Origin: Mesotaenium endlicherianum
Taxonomy: Eukaryota
Length of the DNA: 64,000 nucleotides
Assembly: GCA_009602735.1 (NCBI GenBank)
Contig: WELA01003597.1
Location: 504,882 to 568,881 of the forward strand
Direction: 5' to 3'
Position 1 is the stretch's first letter. Each line of letters opens with the position of its first letter. Under the pieces are notes generated by a model that did no database searches, was not told where the DNA came from, and was given only the letters and a program-made list of their open reading frames with translations. The translations under genes were made by a program, and so were the position numbers. This document shows positions 32,366 through 47,159 of the stretch, piece after piece.

Positions 32366-35300
32366 GCAGATACCAGCAGCAGCGGCAGCACGGCGTCGCT
32401 CGCGCCACCTGCCCTCAAGCGCGCACCGTCATCAGCGCAGTCACTGGAGGGGGCCGGGAAGGAGGAAGAAGAGAAGCGTCAGGTGGCAGCCAGGGCTCCG
32501 GCAGGCAGTGCCCGCGCAGGGGCCCTCCCCCCGCTGAGCCCGCAAGCTGCCCCGGTTCAGCTGTCAGCCTCCCAAGCATTTGCTGCTGACTCTGACAAGA
32601 CGGCGACGGCGACGGCGACGGCGGCGGCGCCACCGGAAGTCAGAGAGACTGGGGGAGACTTTCTCCCTAGGGTGGGCTCTGGGGCGGTGGAGGCGACGGC
32701 GGAAAAGAGCCCTCCTTCTGCAGGAGAGAGCACCTGGGGCGTCAACGGCGCCCTCATCGGGGCACCCTCCTTCTCCACCTGGGTGGGTGTCGCTCGCTCC
32801 CCGCCGAAGAACGGCCTGCCAGAACCTCAGACCTCATACCGTGCAAAGCGTGCGCTGCAGTCTGAGAGCTGTGACCAGCTGTGAGCTGCGAGTAGCAATC
32901 GCCTCAGTGCAGAAGTGTGCACGTTTGTGGAGGAATACTTTCAGTGGGGCTGCCGTGTTTGAGGGTTTGCCAAACTGGGCTGGGCGGGGCGGGGATGAGC
33001 TGGGCTGGGCTGGGCTGGGCTGGGATGGGCGGAGGCGGACGCTGGGTGCAGTGGCGGGAGTGGCGCGGGGTCTGAAGCACCCCATCCCATATTGTGCGCT
33101 CTTGAGGCCTCTTCATCAAAGCCTCTTCTCCCTCCCCCCTCCTCCCTCCCTCTCGGGGGCATCCTCCTTCCTCCCTCCATCTTGCTCTGCCCTGCCTCCC
33201 AGCCCTGGGTGTGAACGTGCGCACACTTAGGCAAACTTTTGTATCCATATGCTCGGACGGGAGGGGACAAGGGGGGAGGGGCGGAGGGGTGGGTGGAGGA
33301 AGGGGTGGGAGGGAGAGAGACCTAGAGATAGACAGAGGGAGGGAGAGGGAGGGAGGGGCAGCCAGAGATACACATATGCGCGTGTGTCACCAAGTGCTGA
33401 CTCCAGACGCCATTGTCATCATGCGCAGCTGCAAGGCCGCGCCAGCAAAGCCCGAGAAGCCCGGGATATGTCTGGGGTGGCGAAGACGAAGCTGATCGTG
33501 GCCGCATGGAAAGAGGGCCAAGAGGGCCAGGTGTCAGCCCTGGGAGAAAGCGCGGCGGAGGACCCAGGTTTTGTGGAGGAGCGGCTGCGGCTGCAAAGGG
33601 AGTTGCTGATGGTGCGGGAGCGCGAGCGCGTCGAGCGCGTGAACCGCGAGGCGTCCAATCACCGCGTTGACGTGCGTAACGCTGACAGCTGTCTCGACGT
33701 TCTTCCGCACCCCCTCGTCAACAGCCGTTTGCTCATTATTATATCCTGCCCCACCTCCCCCCCTTCTCCCCCCCCNNNNNNNNNNNNNNNNNNNNNNNNN
33801 NNNNNNNNNNNNNNNNNNNNNNNNNNNNNNNNNNNNNNNNNNNNNNNNNNNNNNNNNNNNNNNNNNNNNNNNNNNNNNNNNNNNNNNNNNNNNNNNNNNN
33901 NNNNNNNNNNNNNNNNNNNNNNNNNNNNNNNNNNNNNNNNNNNNNNNNNNNNNNNNNNNNNNNNNNNNNNNNNNNNNNNNNNNNNNNNNNNNNNNNNNNN
34001 NNNNNNNNNNNNNNNNNNNNNNNNNNNNNNNNNNNNNNNNNNNNNNNNNNNNNNNNNNNNNNNNNNNNNNNNNNNNNNNNNNNNNNNNNNNNNNNNNNNN
34101 NNNNNNNNNNNNNNNNNNNNNNNNNNNNNNNNNNNNNNNNNNNNNNNNNNNNNNNNNNNNNNNNNNNNNNNNNNNNNNNNNNNNNNNNNNNNNNNNNNNN
34201 NNNNNNNNNNNNNNNNNNNNNNNNNNNNNNNNNNNNNNNNNNNNNNNNNNNNNNNNNNNNNNNNNNNNNNNNNNNNNNNNNNNNNNNNNNNNNNNNNNNN
34301 NNNNNCCCCCCGAACCCCTCACTCCGTCTTCCCAACCCCAACCCCAAACCCCCTGTTGCCTCCTTGTCCAGGGCTTTTGAAAGTCCCTGGAGCCGCCTGA
34401 ACAACTGAGCTGCTTGGGGAGAAGCTCGAGGGTGCACCCAGACTAGCAGGCGTGTCGCATCCTACCTGTGACACTTGGCAGGGCATGGCAGCCCATTGTG
34501 CCTCCTGCCCCTCTCTCGCCTTGGGCTGCTTTGGCCGGCACCCCCTTTCTCTGCTCCCTTTGGGCGTATCACTGCAGCAGTGTCGTCGGGCCAAAGTCCT
34601 TGAAAGGTAGTAGAGGAACAGGGGTTTGAGAATTTTCTTGCTGAGGGGAAGGAAGGGGGGGGGCAAGGGATGGGGGTGGATTTTATCCTGCATTTCTGTC
34701 TTCCATTCCATCTATGGTGGAGGAGCGATCTTGTCCATCCTCCTCATTGACGTTGTGGGCGGGCTGGTGGGGACAGGTGGACAGCGGCGACGGGCCGTTC
34801 CGCCCGCCCAAGGCACCTGCCGCCCAGCCCACTGGAGAGCAGCAGCGTCTGGTGTCCAGGCTTGTGACAGGTGTCACGCAGGTGCGTGACTGGGTGGGTG
34901 GGTGCTGGCTGCCCTCTCTCTGTCTCTTGATTCCTGGACTCTTTCTTTGCGCTGCTGCCCCTGCCCACCTCCTCTAATCCTCGCAGGCACGCATGCACAT
35001 CTCACGCACGCACACGCGCACGCAGGTACACACACGCTTGGGTGTGTGTGTATGTATGTGTTTGTGTGTCTACATGTACCCACGTAGGAATGTCGCGTAG
35101 GGTCCTGGTACTATTGGGTGCATCCATGTGTGAGTTCCTTGCACAATGCGTCTACCTGTTTGCCGGCACACGCGCGCGCGCACGCGCCTGGGCCTGGGCC
35201 TGACCCAGAAGTCCTTTGCCGCTAGTTGCAGCTTAGCCAGATGTGGAGCGCTTGGTCCAACGTGGCCCCAGTGGAAGGTGGCTCCTTTGCTCTGGCCCGC

Positions 35301-38300
35301 CGGCGGTGGCTCCTCATCGAATCATCTGTGTATGGCTTATGCTTGTTTTTACTTACTGTTGAATGCTCGTCCAGCTCTTTGCCTCGGGGACGTCGGCGGC
35401 CAAGCCGCCACTGGCAAGCGTGGGAGAGCAACAGGTGGCGGCTGCACCTGCCACTCCTGCCATTGCTCCAGCTGCTGCTGCTGCCGCCCCTTCCTCCTCC
35501 TCTCCTCGGGAAGCAGGACCTTTGTCGCCAGCGGCGCTCCAGATGGCGGCACCAGAAGAGGAGCAGGGCATTCTAGAGGGCCAGCTGCCGGGTGCCTTTG
35601 TACGTCCTTCTAATCACTCCTTCTATCACTCTCTCTTTGAGTACCTTGTTCCTTTTTGTTATGTCACTTATTTTGATTGCTGCTGTGGTTACATCTCTCA
35701 AACCTCTGAGCTCTAAGGTTTGTGTTTGGGTTTGGGTTAGAGGTTCAGAAATTTTTACAGTTGTTTACCCTGAGTTTTTAAATATTTCCTTCCGAATTGC
35801 AAACCTTTGTCTCATGTTCTCATTCTCTGCTGCAAGGGTTGCCAGAGAGTGCTGTTCCCTGCCCCGGGGAGTGGAAGACGTTGCCAGCTGTCGTCAGGTG
35901 TCTGCTGCACACCCGTGTGTATGTCCAGTCTTGACCGCGTCACGCTCAGCGGAAGCCGCAGCAATCGAAGGCGCCCTCTCTGGAGGGTGGCAAGCTTTGC
36001 CGAAGAGCGCATGCGATGAATAAAGTGCTGCAGCAGAAGCGAGGGGCCTGATTTGACCCAATCTCTTCCACCTCCGTGGATGCTGCCAACCAACGCACGC
36101 CGATGAACGCCCATCGGTTCTGGCACGCAAGGAGTTCTGTATGTGGCTCGTTGTTCGAAATAAACTCACTGCTGGTACTCTGTCTGGATCCGTGCGAGTG
36201 GTGGTGGTGCCTTTGTGCTTTGTGTGTGTGTGTGTGTGCGTGTGTGTGTATGGGCGGGGGGCGGGTGCTTCTGGTGCAGATATACTTTGGCGACGGGCCT
36301 TTGGACGTGCCAGAAGTGCTCCACATGTCGCAGGAGGTGGAGGACCACCTGGCGGCCGAGTTCAGGACAGGTGTCGCCCGCGTTTGGGCCCTCTCCCTCG
36401 GCGTGCAGCGCCTGGCACAGCAGTCGGCGCCGCTCCGTGCGACTGCTCATGACGAGAAGACGCAGAAGAATGCGGCGGCGTGTGTGGCGACGATGGCGGT
36501 GCCGTTTTTGGTTTCTCTCGAGGGGCCATTCCAGACGGCCTCTCTGATGGAAGCCGCGAGGGAGCGTTCGGCTGAGGTGAGCTCCTCCTGAGGTTTCCTT
36601 GGCTGTCGAATCTCGATCACTGACTCGTTGGTCGCTGGCATAAATCTGTTGGTCGTTGCTTGGTGACGGACGAAAGTGCTTCGTCATTGTTTGTTTGTCT
36701 TTATTTTGTGGTGTCAATGTTGATTTGTCAAGTTGCTGGGCGGGAGTTGCCAGCTGTCGTGCCATCTCTGGTCATCGGTGGCCTACCACTGCTGCCCGTG
36801 CATGTGCGCCTGCCTGCCCCTGGCTTTTCTCCTGCGTGTCCCTTCTCCCCCTCCTGGACCCCTAGGATTGTGGCGACCAGCTGCCCGTTCATTTGCGCCT
36901 GCCTGTCTCCGACCCGCCTTCCCCTGCATGTCCCTTCTCCACCCTCCTTCCCCTAAGCCCAAACACCTGCGTATTGTGTCGACCAACTCTTTGTGCGTGT
37001 GCGCCTGCTCCTGGCTTGCACGTCTCTTTTCCCCCTTCCGTCCCCCCTCAGCCCTGAATGTCAATCCTTACCCTACCCCGTCCAGCTTCTCCTCAGTATC
37101 CCTCTCCTGTTAGGGTTGGGGGCTGGGTGAATTCGCTCCACTCTGCAGCTCCCCCTACACAAGTTGTTTGGGGGGGGGGGGTAGAAGAAAGGTGATGAGT
37201 TCAGATGTCAGAGGAGAAAGAGCAGAAGGGGGCATGCAAGGAAAGTGGGGTGCGGACAAGGAGAGGCGAGCGGGGTAGGGCAAGGGAAGGAACCCAGGGG
37301 GGAAGGAAGGGGGGGCAGGGACGTGCAGGGAACGCTGGCTCATTGCGACTCGCGCCTGATTGTGATGATTAGCAGCAGGGCGAGGGTGGCGGGACCATTG
37401 CAACCGCTGGGCACCTACAGCCAGCTGCAAGCAATGATGCGGGCGCAGCTGGTCTCACCCACCCCCTCAGAGGCGACGCAAGTGCATCCGATTGCGGCGT
37501 CGGGCCTGGTGCTGAGGGGGCCCGCGAGCGCTCCTTGGGCGGCGGCCCGCATAACAGCAATAGCAGCGGCAGTGGCAGCAGCGCCGCCTTTGAGGTGGTG
37601 GGCAAGCCTCCTGCGCTGCCGCGGCTGCAGCTGCAGGCGCGCGACGCTAGCGGAAGGGGAGGGGCGTCATCCCACAGAAGCTCCCCGGATTCTACGCCGT
37701 ATGACAGCCCGACATCGCTTGCGCCAGAGCGAGAGGAGGAAGAGGCAGAGGAGGGCGAGGGGGGAGAGGAGGGAGAGCAGGGAGAGGAGGAGGGGGCCAA
37801 GCGCCAAGAGGAGGGGGGAGAGGAGGAGGAGGGGGGAGCGAGCAGCCGAGGGACTGGTGGCAAGATACTCTCCATTGATGTTGTGTCAGGATCGCACGAG
37901 GCGAGGGCCGCCCCGAGTGAGCTGGATGGAAGAGTAGAGACTTCCATAGCCGCAGCAGAAGCAGCGGCAGCAGCCGCCGCTGTGCCGGCGCCGGTTGCTG
38001 CAGGGGCAGCTGTGGCTGACGTGCGTGCGGATGCTCGCCCAGTGGCTGTAGACGGCGTCTTCCCTGCTGCTGCTGCTGCTGTGCCCGGCCGGAGCTATGC
38101 AGCTGATGGCAGCAGCTGTGCTGAGGTAGCTAGGCAGGTGGAGGGTGACGTGGATGATGACGAGAGTGATGACGAGGATGCTGGTGAAAATGCTGAGAAG
38201 TATGCTGACGAAGACGCTGACGAGGATGCTGACGATGGGGGGTTTGAGTCGCCTGCGTCGGACTTTGGGTCGCCGCGCTCGCACTTCTCCAACAGCAGCG

Positions 38301-38920
38301 CCGCCTTCTCTGCTGCAGGCTCCCTGCGGGGAGCCGCACGGGCCAGGGCCGGGGGCAGGGGTGGCGCTTTTCAGGGTGTCAACACAGAGGCAGCCAGAGT
38401 GCTGGCTCCCCCAAGCAGCCGCCAGGTGGCAGGCTCGCAGCTGGTCTCCCCCGCCCCTCTTTCTGTTCCTATTGCGGACCATCCTGCTGCCGAAGTTGCG
38501 GGGCAAGCAGCTGCACCCCAGCCCTCTATGGCAGCAGCAGCTGCTGCTGCTCCTGGCGGCGGGGGGCCTGCAGTTGGTGCTGCTGCCACGTCATCATCTG
38601 CTCCTGCTGGTGCTGTTGTTGGTCCTGCCTCGGACCGCCACCAGCCAATGGGGAGGCAGCCCCTGTCTCTGACGAGCAGAGACCTGCGCGAGCTCAACGA
38701 GAAGACGGCTGCAGCGGGGACGACAAATGGCGTCGCCTCGTGGCTCCAGCAGGCATCCCCTGCCCCCCACGCGGCCCGTGCGGACGACAGGAGCAACAGC
38801 AGCAGGGGGCACACCGACCCAAGTGCCGCAGCGGCCCACTTGTCGTTGGCGCCTCAGGCGGAGGAGGATGCGCACGAAGTGCTTGCCACTGCTGCCGCTT
38901 CTCCTGCTCACGGGCACTCC

Positions 38921-38951
<31 letters not shown>

Positions 38952-41059
38952 TGCAGCAACTGCCTGTCCCTGCTACTGATGTAGTGGCGCCAGATGGTGG
39001 ACTTCCCGGCGGCCTGCAGGAGGAGCAGGTGAGCAGCAACAATCTCAACGTTGCGCTCTCTGCCTCCGCACGCCAATTCTGCGTCCTTTGTAAACTGTCC
39101 CGTGTGCGGCCTCCTTGATCCTTTCATCGGCTTGTGCCTTGTTGCCAGAACCGCCAGAAGTGCCAGACCCATTACGTGGCCGAGAGAGCTCCCACCTGGA
39201 CAGGCTCAGAGCTGCGGACTGAAGCTGGTTGTTGAGCTGCTGACTGGGAGCTGCTAACTGAGGGCAGACGTGCCTTCCTGCTTTCTTTCTTGCTTGCTTG
39301 GTGCTGCTCACGGGGCTTTTTGGAGCTGCATGCTCATATGGCCGCGCGCAACCTGCAGCGTGCAGCGTGGGGTCTTGTTCACTGAAAGGCAATGGCAGGG
39401 GGAGGGTGCTGGGTGGTGCTGGCAAGGGCCAGGGGAGGAGGGCTCCCAGTCGCCGGTGATCTCGGTTCCCTTGCAGTGGGAACGCGTGTGGTGTGTGTCT
39501 GTGCGTGTGAGTGCGCGTGAGGCGCTCCTGGGCCTGGAGGGCAGATTAGAAGCTCCTCAGGATCTCTGCCCGTGCTGAATGCTGATCTTACAGCGCTGCG
39601 GGCTCGCCACCTTCTCTGTCGGCGTTAGACGCAAGGATGCCACGGGGGCCGCCAGACGTAAGCATGCGAGGAGCAGTACGAACGCGCACGCAGGATGCTG
39701 TCGCATTGAAAGAGACTCGCAATGGCGCTTTTTCACCTGGCTCGGCTATGTGTGCGTGCTTGTGTGTGTGTGTGTGGGGCATATGTGTGTGTGTGCATGT
39801 GTATGTGTTTGCATGTGTGTGTGCTTGTATGCATGTGCGTGTGTGTGTGTGTGTGCGCGCTCATGGCAGGAGTCGTTGGAAGCAAGCAAGGAAAAGGAGC
39901 AGCAGGAAGTGCGCGTGGCGGAGCTGGAGGAGCAGCTGAGGGCATCGGAGGAGCAGAGGCAGGCAGAGCAGGCCCAGGCGACTCGTGCTGAAGCAGAAAG
40001 GGAGCAGCAGTATAAGGCTGACATGGCAGGGCTGGAGCAGCGGCTGACGGAAATGGAGGAGCAGAGGGCGACCCAGCAGGCCCGGGCAGCTCAGCTGGAG
40101 GCAGAGATGGGGCGGCAGTACGCAGCCCACATAGCAGCGCTGGAGGAGCGGCTGAGGGCGTCAGAGAAGGAGCGGGCGGCCAAGCAGGCCCGGGCGGCTC
40201 AGCTGGAGGCCTCCTTGGCCCAAGCCCAGCTGGCAGCCTCCCAGGTACGCCACCTTGCTGGGCTGCTTCTAGTGATTCCTGCTGGGTGAGTAACAGGTTT
40301 TCTTACTGCTCTTTGGAGTGGGGACTTTGTTTTCTGCCACTTATTGTTGGAGCAGAGGGCTGTCTGCTTGCACGCATGTTTGCGCGCCTTACCGACAGCA
40401 TTTGCCTATCAGAGTTATGTTGTTCTCTTCTGACACGGCTGTTATTCGTAAAGGCTTCAGATTATTCTCTTCTGGTAGTGGGATGCTGTGGCTTTTTCCC
40501 GAGGTCGACATGTGGCAGCCTGCTCTGCCCTCCTATCTTGTCTATCATCTCTCCTATCTCGTCCTCTCCTGTCCTCTTGCTGGGCATTGGTGCAAGATGT
40601 CGTTAGTCTGCTCATCACTGTTTTGCTTTTTTGATGTTCATCCTGCCTGCATCACTTCTTCCAGCATGATGCTTTGTGCATATAGTATAGAGTCATAAGC
40701 ACACACGCGCATGCGCGTGCGCGCGCGCGCTCACACACACACACACACACATACACACACGGCAGCTTCTCTCCCCAGCCTCTCTCTTCCACACACATGG
40801 GCACGCATGAAAGTGCACTGTAGCAGCCCACCACAAGTTGTGGGGCACAATTAGAGAGAAGCCGTTTCTTCTCCAACAGGATAGCCTCCCCCCTGCTCCC
40901 CCTGGTTTTTATATCTCCCCTGATGCGCAGCTGCAAGGCCAACTGGAGGCGTCAGCTGCCGAAACCATTGTCCTGAAGAGACAAGTGGCGGCCCTGAAGG
41001 AAAGCCACTTGTCGGCCGCTGCCGCCCTCCTTCAAGCGGTGCAGGAGGAGACCTTATAG
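32366..41059 (+). CDS. Multi-exon host-like gene, low-complexity/acidic plus coiled-coil protein of unknown function (5' structure uncertain)
   Basis: Exons with canonical splice sites: 36280-36576, about 37535-39028 (start uncertain), 39870-40244 and 40931-41059 (TAG); the last three join in phase. Upstream exon-like blocks at about 32366-32670 and 33400-33670; GT-microsatellite introns. Confidence 0.5.
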
Positions 41060-44000
41060 CATCCGCCGATATGCTAGTGGGTGACGGCTAAGGGAAAAAA
41101 CGCTTTCAGATGATGATGAGAAAGGAGTGGGGCTGAGGGAGTAAGACAGCAGGAGGGGCACGCTCACTAAGGCTGAGATGGCCATCCTGCCACCTGACCT
41201 AATATTTCAATGTCTCGCATTGCGGGTCGAGTGTGGAAGCTGAGTGTGGAGCAGCAGGAGGACCACGGGCAGCATTTCAGAGGAGAACAGAGGGCGTGTG
41301 ATAGATGAAGAGGGGATGATAGAAGGGGAGAGGAGCAGGCAGATGCAGTCAGGCACTTGCTGTGCTTCTTTTTTGCACAGTCATGTATGAAGCAGCAGCA
41401 GCAGCATCAGCAGCAGCAGCAGCAGCAGGATGGGAAGAAGTTCGGTCTGGCGGGGGCAGTGCTACAGCAGCAGCAGCAAGCAGCAGCAAATGAGAAGCAG
41501 CAACAGCATCAGCAGCAGGAGGAGGAGAGAAGAGGAAGGTGGAGGAGGTGGTGGCTGCAACCAAAGGGATACGCCTTCTCATGGGACGAGAGGACTTGAA
41601 GCGTGGGCACTGTAGATGACGCGGGATCTGCTGATGGTGGTGCAGTAGGGAGGGCGGAGCGGCAGCTGACAGGCCAAAGAAGGCAGACAGAGAGAGAGGC
41701 AGAGGTGAGGGCGAGGTTTGGCTGTTGTTGCAAGCAGGAGGGAGGCTTCTGAAGCGCAGTCTGATGCTGCCTGGAGCATGCGACTGAGGAGCATTTGTTG
41801 GCTGTTGAAAGCCGTGGGCAGAAGCGCAGGAGGAGGAGGAGGAGGAGGAGGAGGAAAGAGGCAGGACGAAAGTTGAGCATTGGGCTGAGCTTGCGGCGCC
41901 AATGGGCCCGGGGCTCTTTCCGTACGTAGGAATTAGTTATCCCCAGCCCCCTCTCCCTCCCTTGGCCACACCTTTCAGTTCTTCCCCACCTGCATACAGA
42001 CACGCAGAGGTGCAGGGGATGGTGGCACGCCACGTGCGGCTCATCGGTGCAGGGGTTGAGTGGGCTACTTTTTACTCCTAGTCCTTGTCTGCCCGGACAG
42101 GGCACTCATTCTTTCCTTCATATGGTGTTACAAGGTCGCCTGGAGGCTGCAACCTGTTTCATTTAGAACCCTATTTAGACTATGTACATATACTATTCCG
42201 ACTATTATAGCTACTCTAAGTACACATGATACAAATATAGACTACAGGGACGATGATATAGGCGGGGGCGCCTGAAGGCCTGTCGATAATGGCCTCTTGA
42301 CGAGCCTTGCTGGGCATCAGGCGCATCAGTGGCGCAGGAGGCTCGGGCGGCACAAGACTAGGAGTTTTGAAAGTAGATGAAAGAAAGGCAGAGGGGCGGG
42401 CAAAAGGGGACAGAGGGAGGGAAGTGAAGGTGCAGGAGGTGATCTCCTGCCTGTGAAGCAGCAGCCGATGCACCCCCCTGACTACACTGTGGGTCTACGT
42501 GTCCCTGTGCTCTTTAAGTGTCATTCACATTGGTATGCCTTATGCGTGAATCCCGTTCAAACTGTAGTTGGCATTGCTGCTGCTACTGCTAGCTGCGCTG
42601 TCAGTAATTTTATTTTTTTTTGTTCTCAAACTATCTGTCCTGAGGCCTGCTCTTGGCGTGTATGTGTTGCATCCCTTGCAAGAGTATCACGGCTTGCGAT
42701 GTTCACTTGATTATCTATCATCGATTGATATGTGCTGCCCAGTTTGCTAGTTGTGCTTTCTCGAGAATGTGCGGCAATAGCGCACCGGAGGTGCCGGCCG
42801 TGGCTTTTATAGGTGCCTGTCCCATATGAGGTGGTGGTACACCTCACTTACAGCCCACTCCCATTTCTGCTCACAGCTTGCCCTCTGTCCCCGTGGTGCA
42901 GGTCGACTGGATGTGACGAGGAAGGCCCCCACTCCTGGGAAAGGAAGGGTGATTTCCTGTAGGGCTCGTGCTGGTTCCTTGGGGGGAGTGCTCTAGTGGC
43001 GGGGGTTTGTACTCAATTTGTGCCACTGCCAGAGGAGTAATATTTGAGGGAGCAAAATCTCTGTGCAGCGCATTGATTTCGTGAGGTGCCCAAGAAGAGC
43101 CTGCAGGCGTGCCAGGCCCGGAAACGCTCAACTCGAATCTTGCCCATGCTCCATGTAGGTGAAGGACGCCACCATATATGCCTTCAAAATTGCCTTTGTT
43201 TTTCAGGGTCATAAGATCCTGCACCGGTCATTCTTTATGCGTTAATGCACGTCGTTTTAGCTCAATTTGATCCTTTGACTTGATCTCTGTCAAAAAAAGT
43301 TGACGAGCTAATTTGACATATGCGACATTAATTGTACAAGTAGCACCTGTACCAGCCTTAGAAGCACCCATTACGATATTGCTGCAGGGGCGTGCTGTGT
43401 GTGGTCCCCTAACCTTGAGTGGCATTCTCACCAAGATGCAAGGCATCAGATGTATTCTGTTCCATGTGAGGTACGATCTTGTCAAACATGTGACCAGCCA
43501 AGTGCAAACCTTTGCAAAGAAGTGACTGTTGTGTACGCACGTTGAGCCTTTATTAGCTGACATAGTTGAAGTGCTAGACCTCACCTGGGTACAACGTATA
43601 CAGCTTATGCAACAAACCTATAGTGCATGTCTTTTATGCAGATAACTATTTTAAGCATACGATTGTTGAAGTGGATGAAGTCAGTTAACAAATGGACTGG
43701 ACCACGTTAAAATCACATAAGATTGGCTAAATTTTTGTGAATTCCTGCAAGCATGCATTGAGGCTGCAGATGATCATGTTCTATAAGAGAGCTGCAACCA
43801 ATGCACGTACAAAATGCGAACCTTGAATTGCAGTATGAATTTGACTTTGCAATGCATGTCCTTCGCTTTCAACAATACGAACACAGCCACTCACATAAAC
43901 ATCTGCGTCTTGAAGGTGATGTATTTTATTAGCGCATGTGTGACTAGAAGTACATGAAACTATGAAAGCCCAAAAGCAGGGGTGCAGAGGTGGGCATCAA

Positions 44001-47000
44001 CACTCTTCACTCGGCATATACGTGTAGTCCCGCTAGCATTAGCTAGTTCAAACTCATGATGATGCTATATATACACTGATCCTCTTAATCTAGTTGCACT
44101 GTAACACTTCAGTTTCTCACATTTAAGAAATCAGTAATAAGAAGAAGCATTGGATGAATGCAGCCGCTGATGCGCATATGACTGAACTGCAACACATCTT
44201 GGCCTCTGACTGCAAATTTTCCGTTCCTCCATCTACACTGCTTAATCAACATCCTCGTCTGAGCAAGTCATTGCTGTAGCTCATCGCCTAGTGGTCCCAC
44301 ACCTCCTTGGCAGCCACATCAGAGGTGGATGGAAATGTAGGCATGCCAATTGCTTCACTACTACTGGATGGCTCAGCTAAAAAACTCCATCACCATACCA
44401 CCAATACACGAGCACTGCCGCATCCTATGCTATACCTCACGGAGACAGTTGGCAAGTTTCCTGCTCTCCCAAGTCACTTTCAAGTCAGAAACAATTCATC
44501 GCAAGAGCGCGTCGCTGCATGGAGTAAGTTCACCTTTTTGTCACACACAACTCCGTGCTACGCATCCAATGCACCTCTCATAACTGGCGTGCGTCTCTTA
44601 CACCCAACATCCATGGCGTACGAGAGATCACCACCTACCTTGATTTGACCACCACTACCTCATTGGCTTGAGGTGAAGCGAACATGATTTTGCAAATCAG
44701 ACCCTCCTATGTTGCTTTCCTCAAGACCTACTTCAATTGCAACCAAGGAGACATGCGAGTCGCTGCTACTCCAACTAGAACTTCGAGCCAGCTGTTTTCC
44801 CTGCATGACGGGCCAGCTGACTGGTCAGCAGGGCGGGCAGATCTGCACCCTTGGGAAGCTGCTTGAGAGTTATTGAAAGCTGTTGAAAGCAATTGAAAGT
44901 GATCGATAGCGAGAGGGCCAGGCGCATTCAACGGTGAACAATAGACTGTGCGGACCTGGTGCGGACTGGCATGGACCTATGAAGAAGGCCAGGCTGGCAA
45001 TCCTGATTAGTCCCTTCTGTTTGCTTCATGCAGTCACCTTCTGTGCTGGCGAAGTATCCTCGCTGCATGCTTTTTCTTCAACTCGCTCACAGAAAATTAA
45101 CCAGGATTCCCTCCTAACTTCCATTCTCCCTTCCTCAAGCCTACAGCTTTCTAATTTTTTACTTCGCATTTCACGAACCGTTCCATGTAGACTTGCCAGG
45201 CTTGCATCACACCTCAATACGGCAGTCGTTCAGGACATGCCTTCACCTTTCTTTGCATTTAAAATTTGAAATACATTCATCGTATATGCAACGCTATAGT
45301 CATACGAGGCCCGAAGTGGGCTCAAGTGGGGCATGACATCGGTCCCACTTATCGGCAGAAGTGGAGTTTGCAATCTGCTCAATAGATGGAAGTAGATGTG
45401 CTCGCTATCTGCCACTTCATACCACGGGAGGTTCAAAATGATTGTGACATCTTTTGTGGGTCGAAATTATATGTTTCAATTCTAATTTCAAACGTGGGTC
45501 ATGCGCTGTAAATGAGAACCAGTGAAATGAGATAAGCTGTTAACAGCATCAACTGTCTTCATCTGATCCCATAGACATGATAAAGCATGCCCTCCTCCGC
45601 CTCCTTAATCCCCCCCTACGCCCTTATGCCCTGCTTAAGTAGGGCACTTGATTTGTCGGTGCACATCAACAAGGGGATCTTGTGAAGCAAGGACCTGCAG
45701 TAGTGTGCTCACAAACTAAAGGTCCCCTTAATGCCTGGTGGGACAATAGGGGAGCTACTTTCTATGTCATCACATTCTCGATTTCATGTATTTCATTCCA
45801 TTACTTATTCCCCTTTGAAAAAGGGAGGAGGAAACCTCCATAAAGACTTCCGTGAGCCTTGTTGCTTGATAGAGAAGTAGCTGGACAAGCCCCTCTCAAG
45901 TCATGGGAGATTTCCTCTCATGGAATTCTGTGCCAGCAGTCTCCCATGGCCAAGTCTAGGTAGACGCTTCAGTCACGCTAACGCTCAGCGCTACGACACT
46001 TGGCACGTGCTTTTTGGCACACTGGCACCTCGCACGACGATGGCTATATGGGGGCTTGGATTTGGGGGGGGGGGGGGGGNNNNNNNNNNNNNNNNNNNNN
46101 NNNNNNNNNNNNNNNNNNNNNNNNNNNNNNNNNNNNNNNNNNNNNNNNNNNNNNNNNNNNNNNNNNNNNNNNNNNNNNNNNNNNNNNNNNNNNNNNNNNN
46201 NNNNNNNNNNNNNNNNNNNNNNNNNNNNNNNNNNNNNNNNNNNNNNNNNNNNNNNNNNNNNNNNNNNNNNNNNNNNNNNNNNNNNNNNNNNNNNNNNNNN
46301 NNNNNNNNNNNNNNNNNNNNNNNNNNNNNNNNNNNNNNNNNNNNNNNNNNNNNNNNNNNNNNNNNNNNNNNNNNNNNNNNNNNNNNNNNNNNNNNNNNNN
46401 NNNNNNNNNNNNNNNNNNNNNNNNNNNNNNNNNNNNNNNNNNNNNNNNNNNNNNNNNNNNNNNNNNNNNNNNNNNNNNNNNNNNNNNNNNNNNNNNNNNN
46501 NNNNNNNNNNNNNNNNNNNNNNNNNNNNNNNNNNNNNNNNNNNNNNNNNNNNNNNNNNNNNNNNNNNNNNNNNNNNNNNNNNNNNNNNNNNNNNNNNNNN
46601 NNNNNNNNNNNNNNNNNNNNNNNNNNNNNNNNNNNNNNNNNNNNNNNNNNNNNNNNNNNNNNNNNNGGGGGGGGGAGGGGGGGCTACGTAGCCTGCTCTT
46701 GCTTCTGCTGCTACCTCTGCTGCTGGGCGTGCTCGCGTACTGCAGTCTCTCTTGTTGGAGGGCAGGGCTATAGCAGTATGACCCAGGTACTCAAGTCTTA
46801 CCCATGGGGAGAGGAAGAAGGAGTGCGAGAGAGATGGGGAGGGAAATGAGCAGGCAGGAATGTGCGTAGCAGGGACCACTTGCAAAACAATGTCTATCAA
46901 ACAAGGGTAGGGGTGGGCAAGGAGGGAAGAGCCTGGAAAAGACGTTTTGTACACTACCTGTATGGAAGGAGGAGACACATAGAAGCGCTGCCTGCCTGCT

Positions 47001-47159
47001 GGCCTGTGTCTGCAAACTTGGAGGGGGGGCCCTGCATGAGACCGGCAGGTGTGTCTCAATCCGTGCTCCCGTTCTCTGCTGCCCCCACAGGGATATCAAG
47101 CGGAGGGCCTAGTAGGGCTCAGGCTCCAAAATATGAGGGTGTTGAAGTTCTGGCATGCA

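Noticed and set aside
33249..34437. Long ORFs spanning N-runs (also 45920-47059 and 19878-20993)
   Set aside because: Length is an artefact of assembly gaps or the duplicated contig
42700..45450. Decayed minus-strand coding-like region
   Set aside because: Many stops; no family motif I can defend
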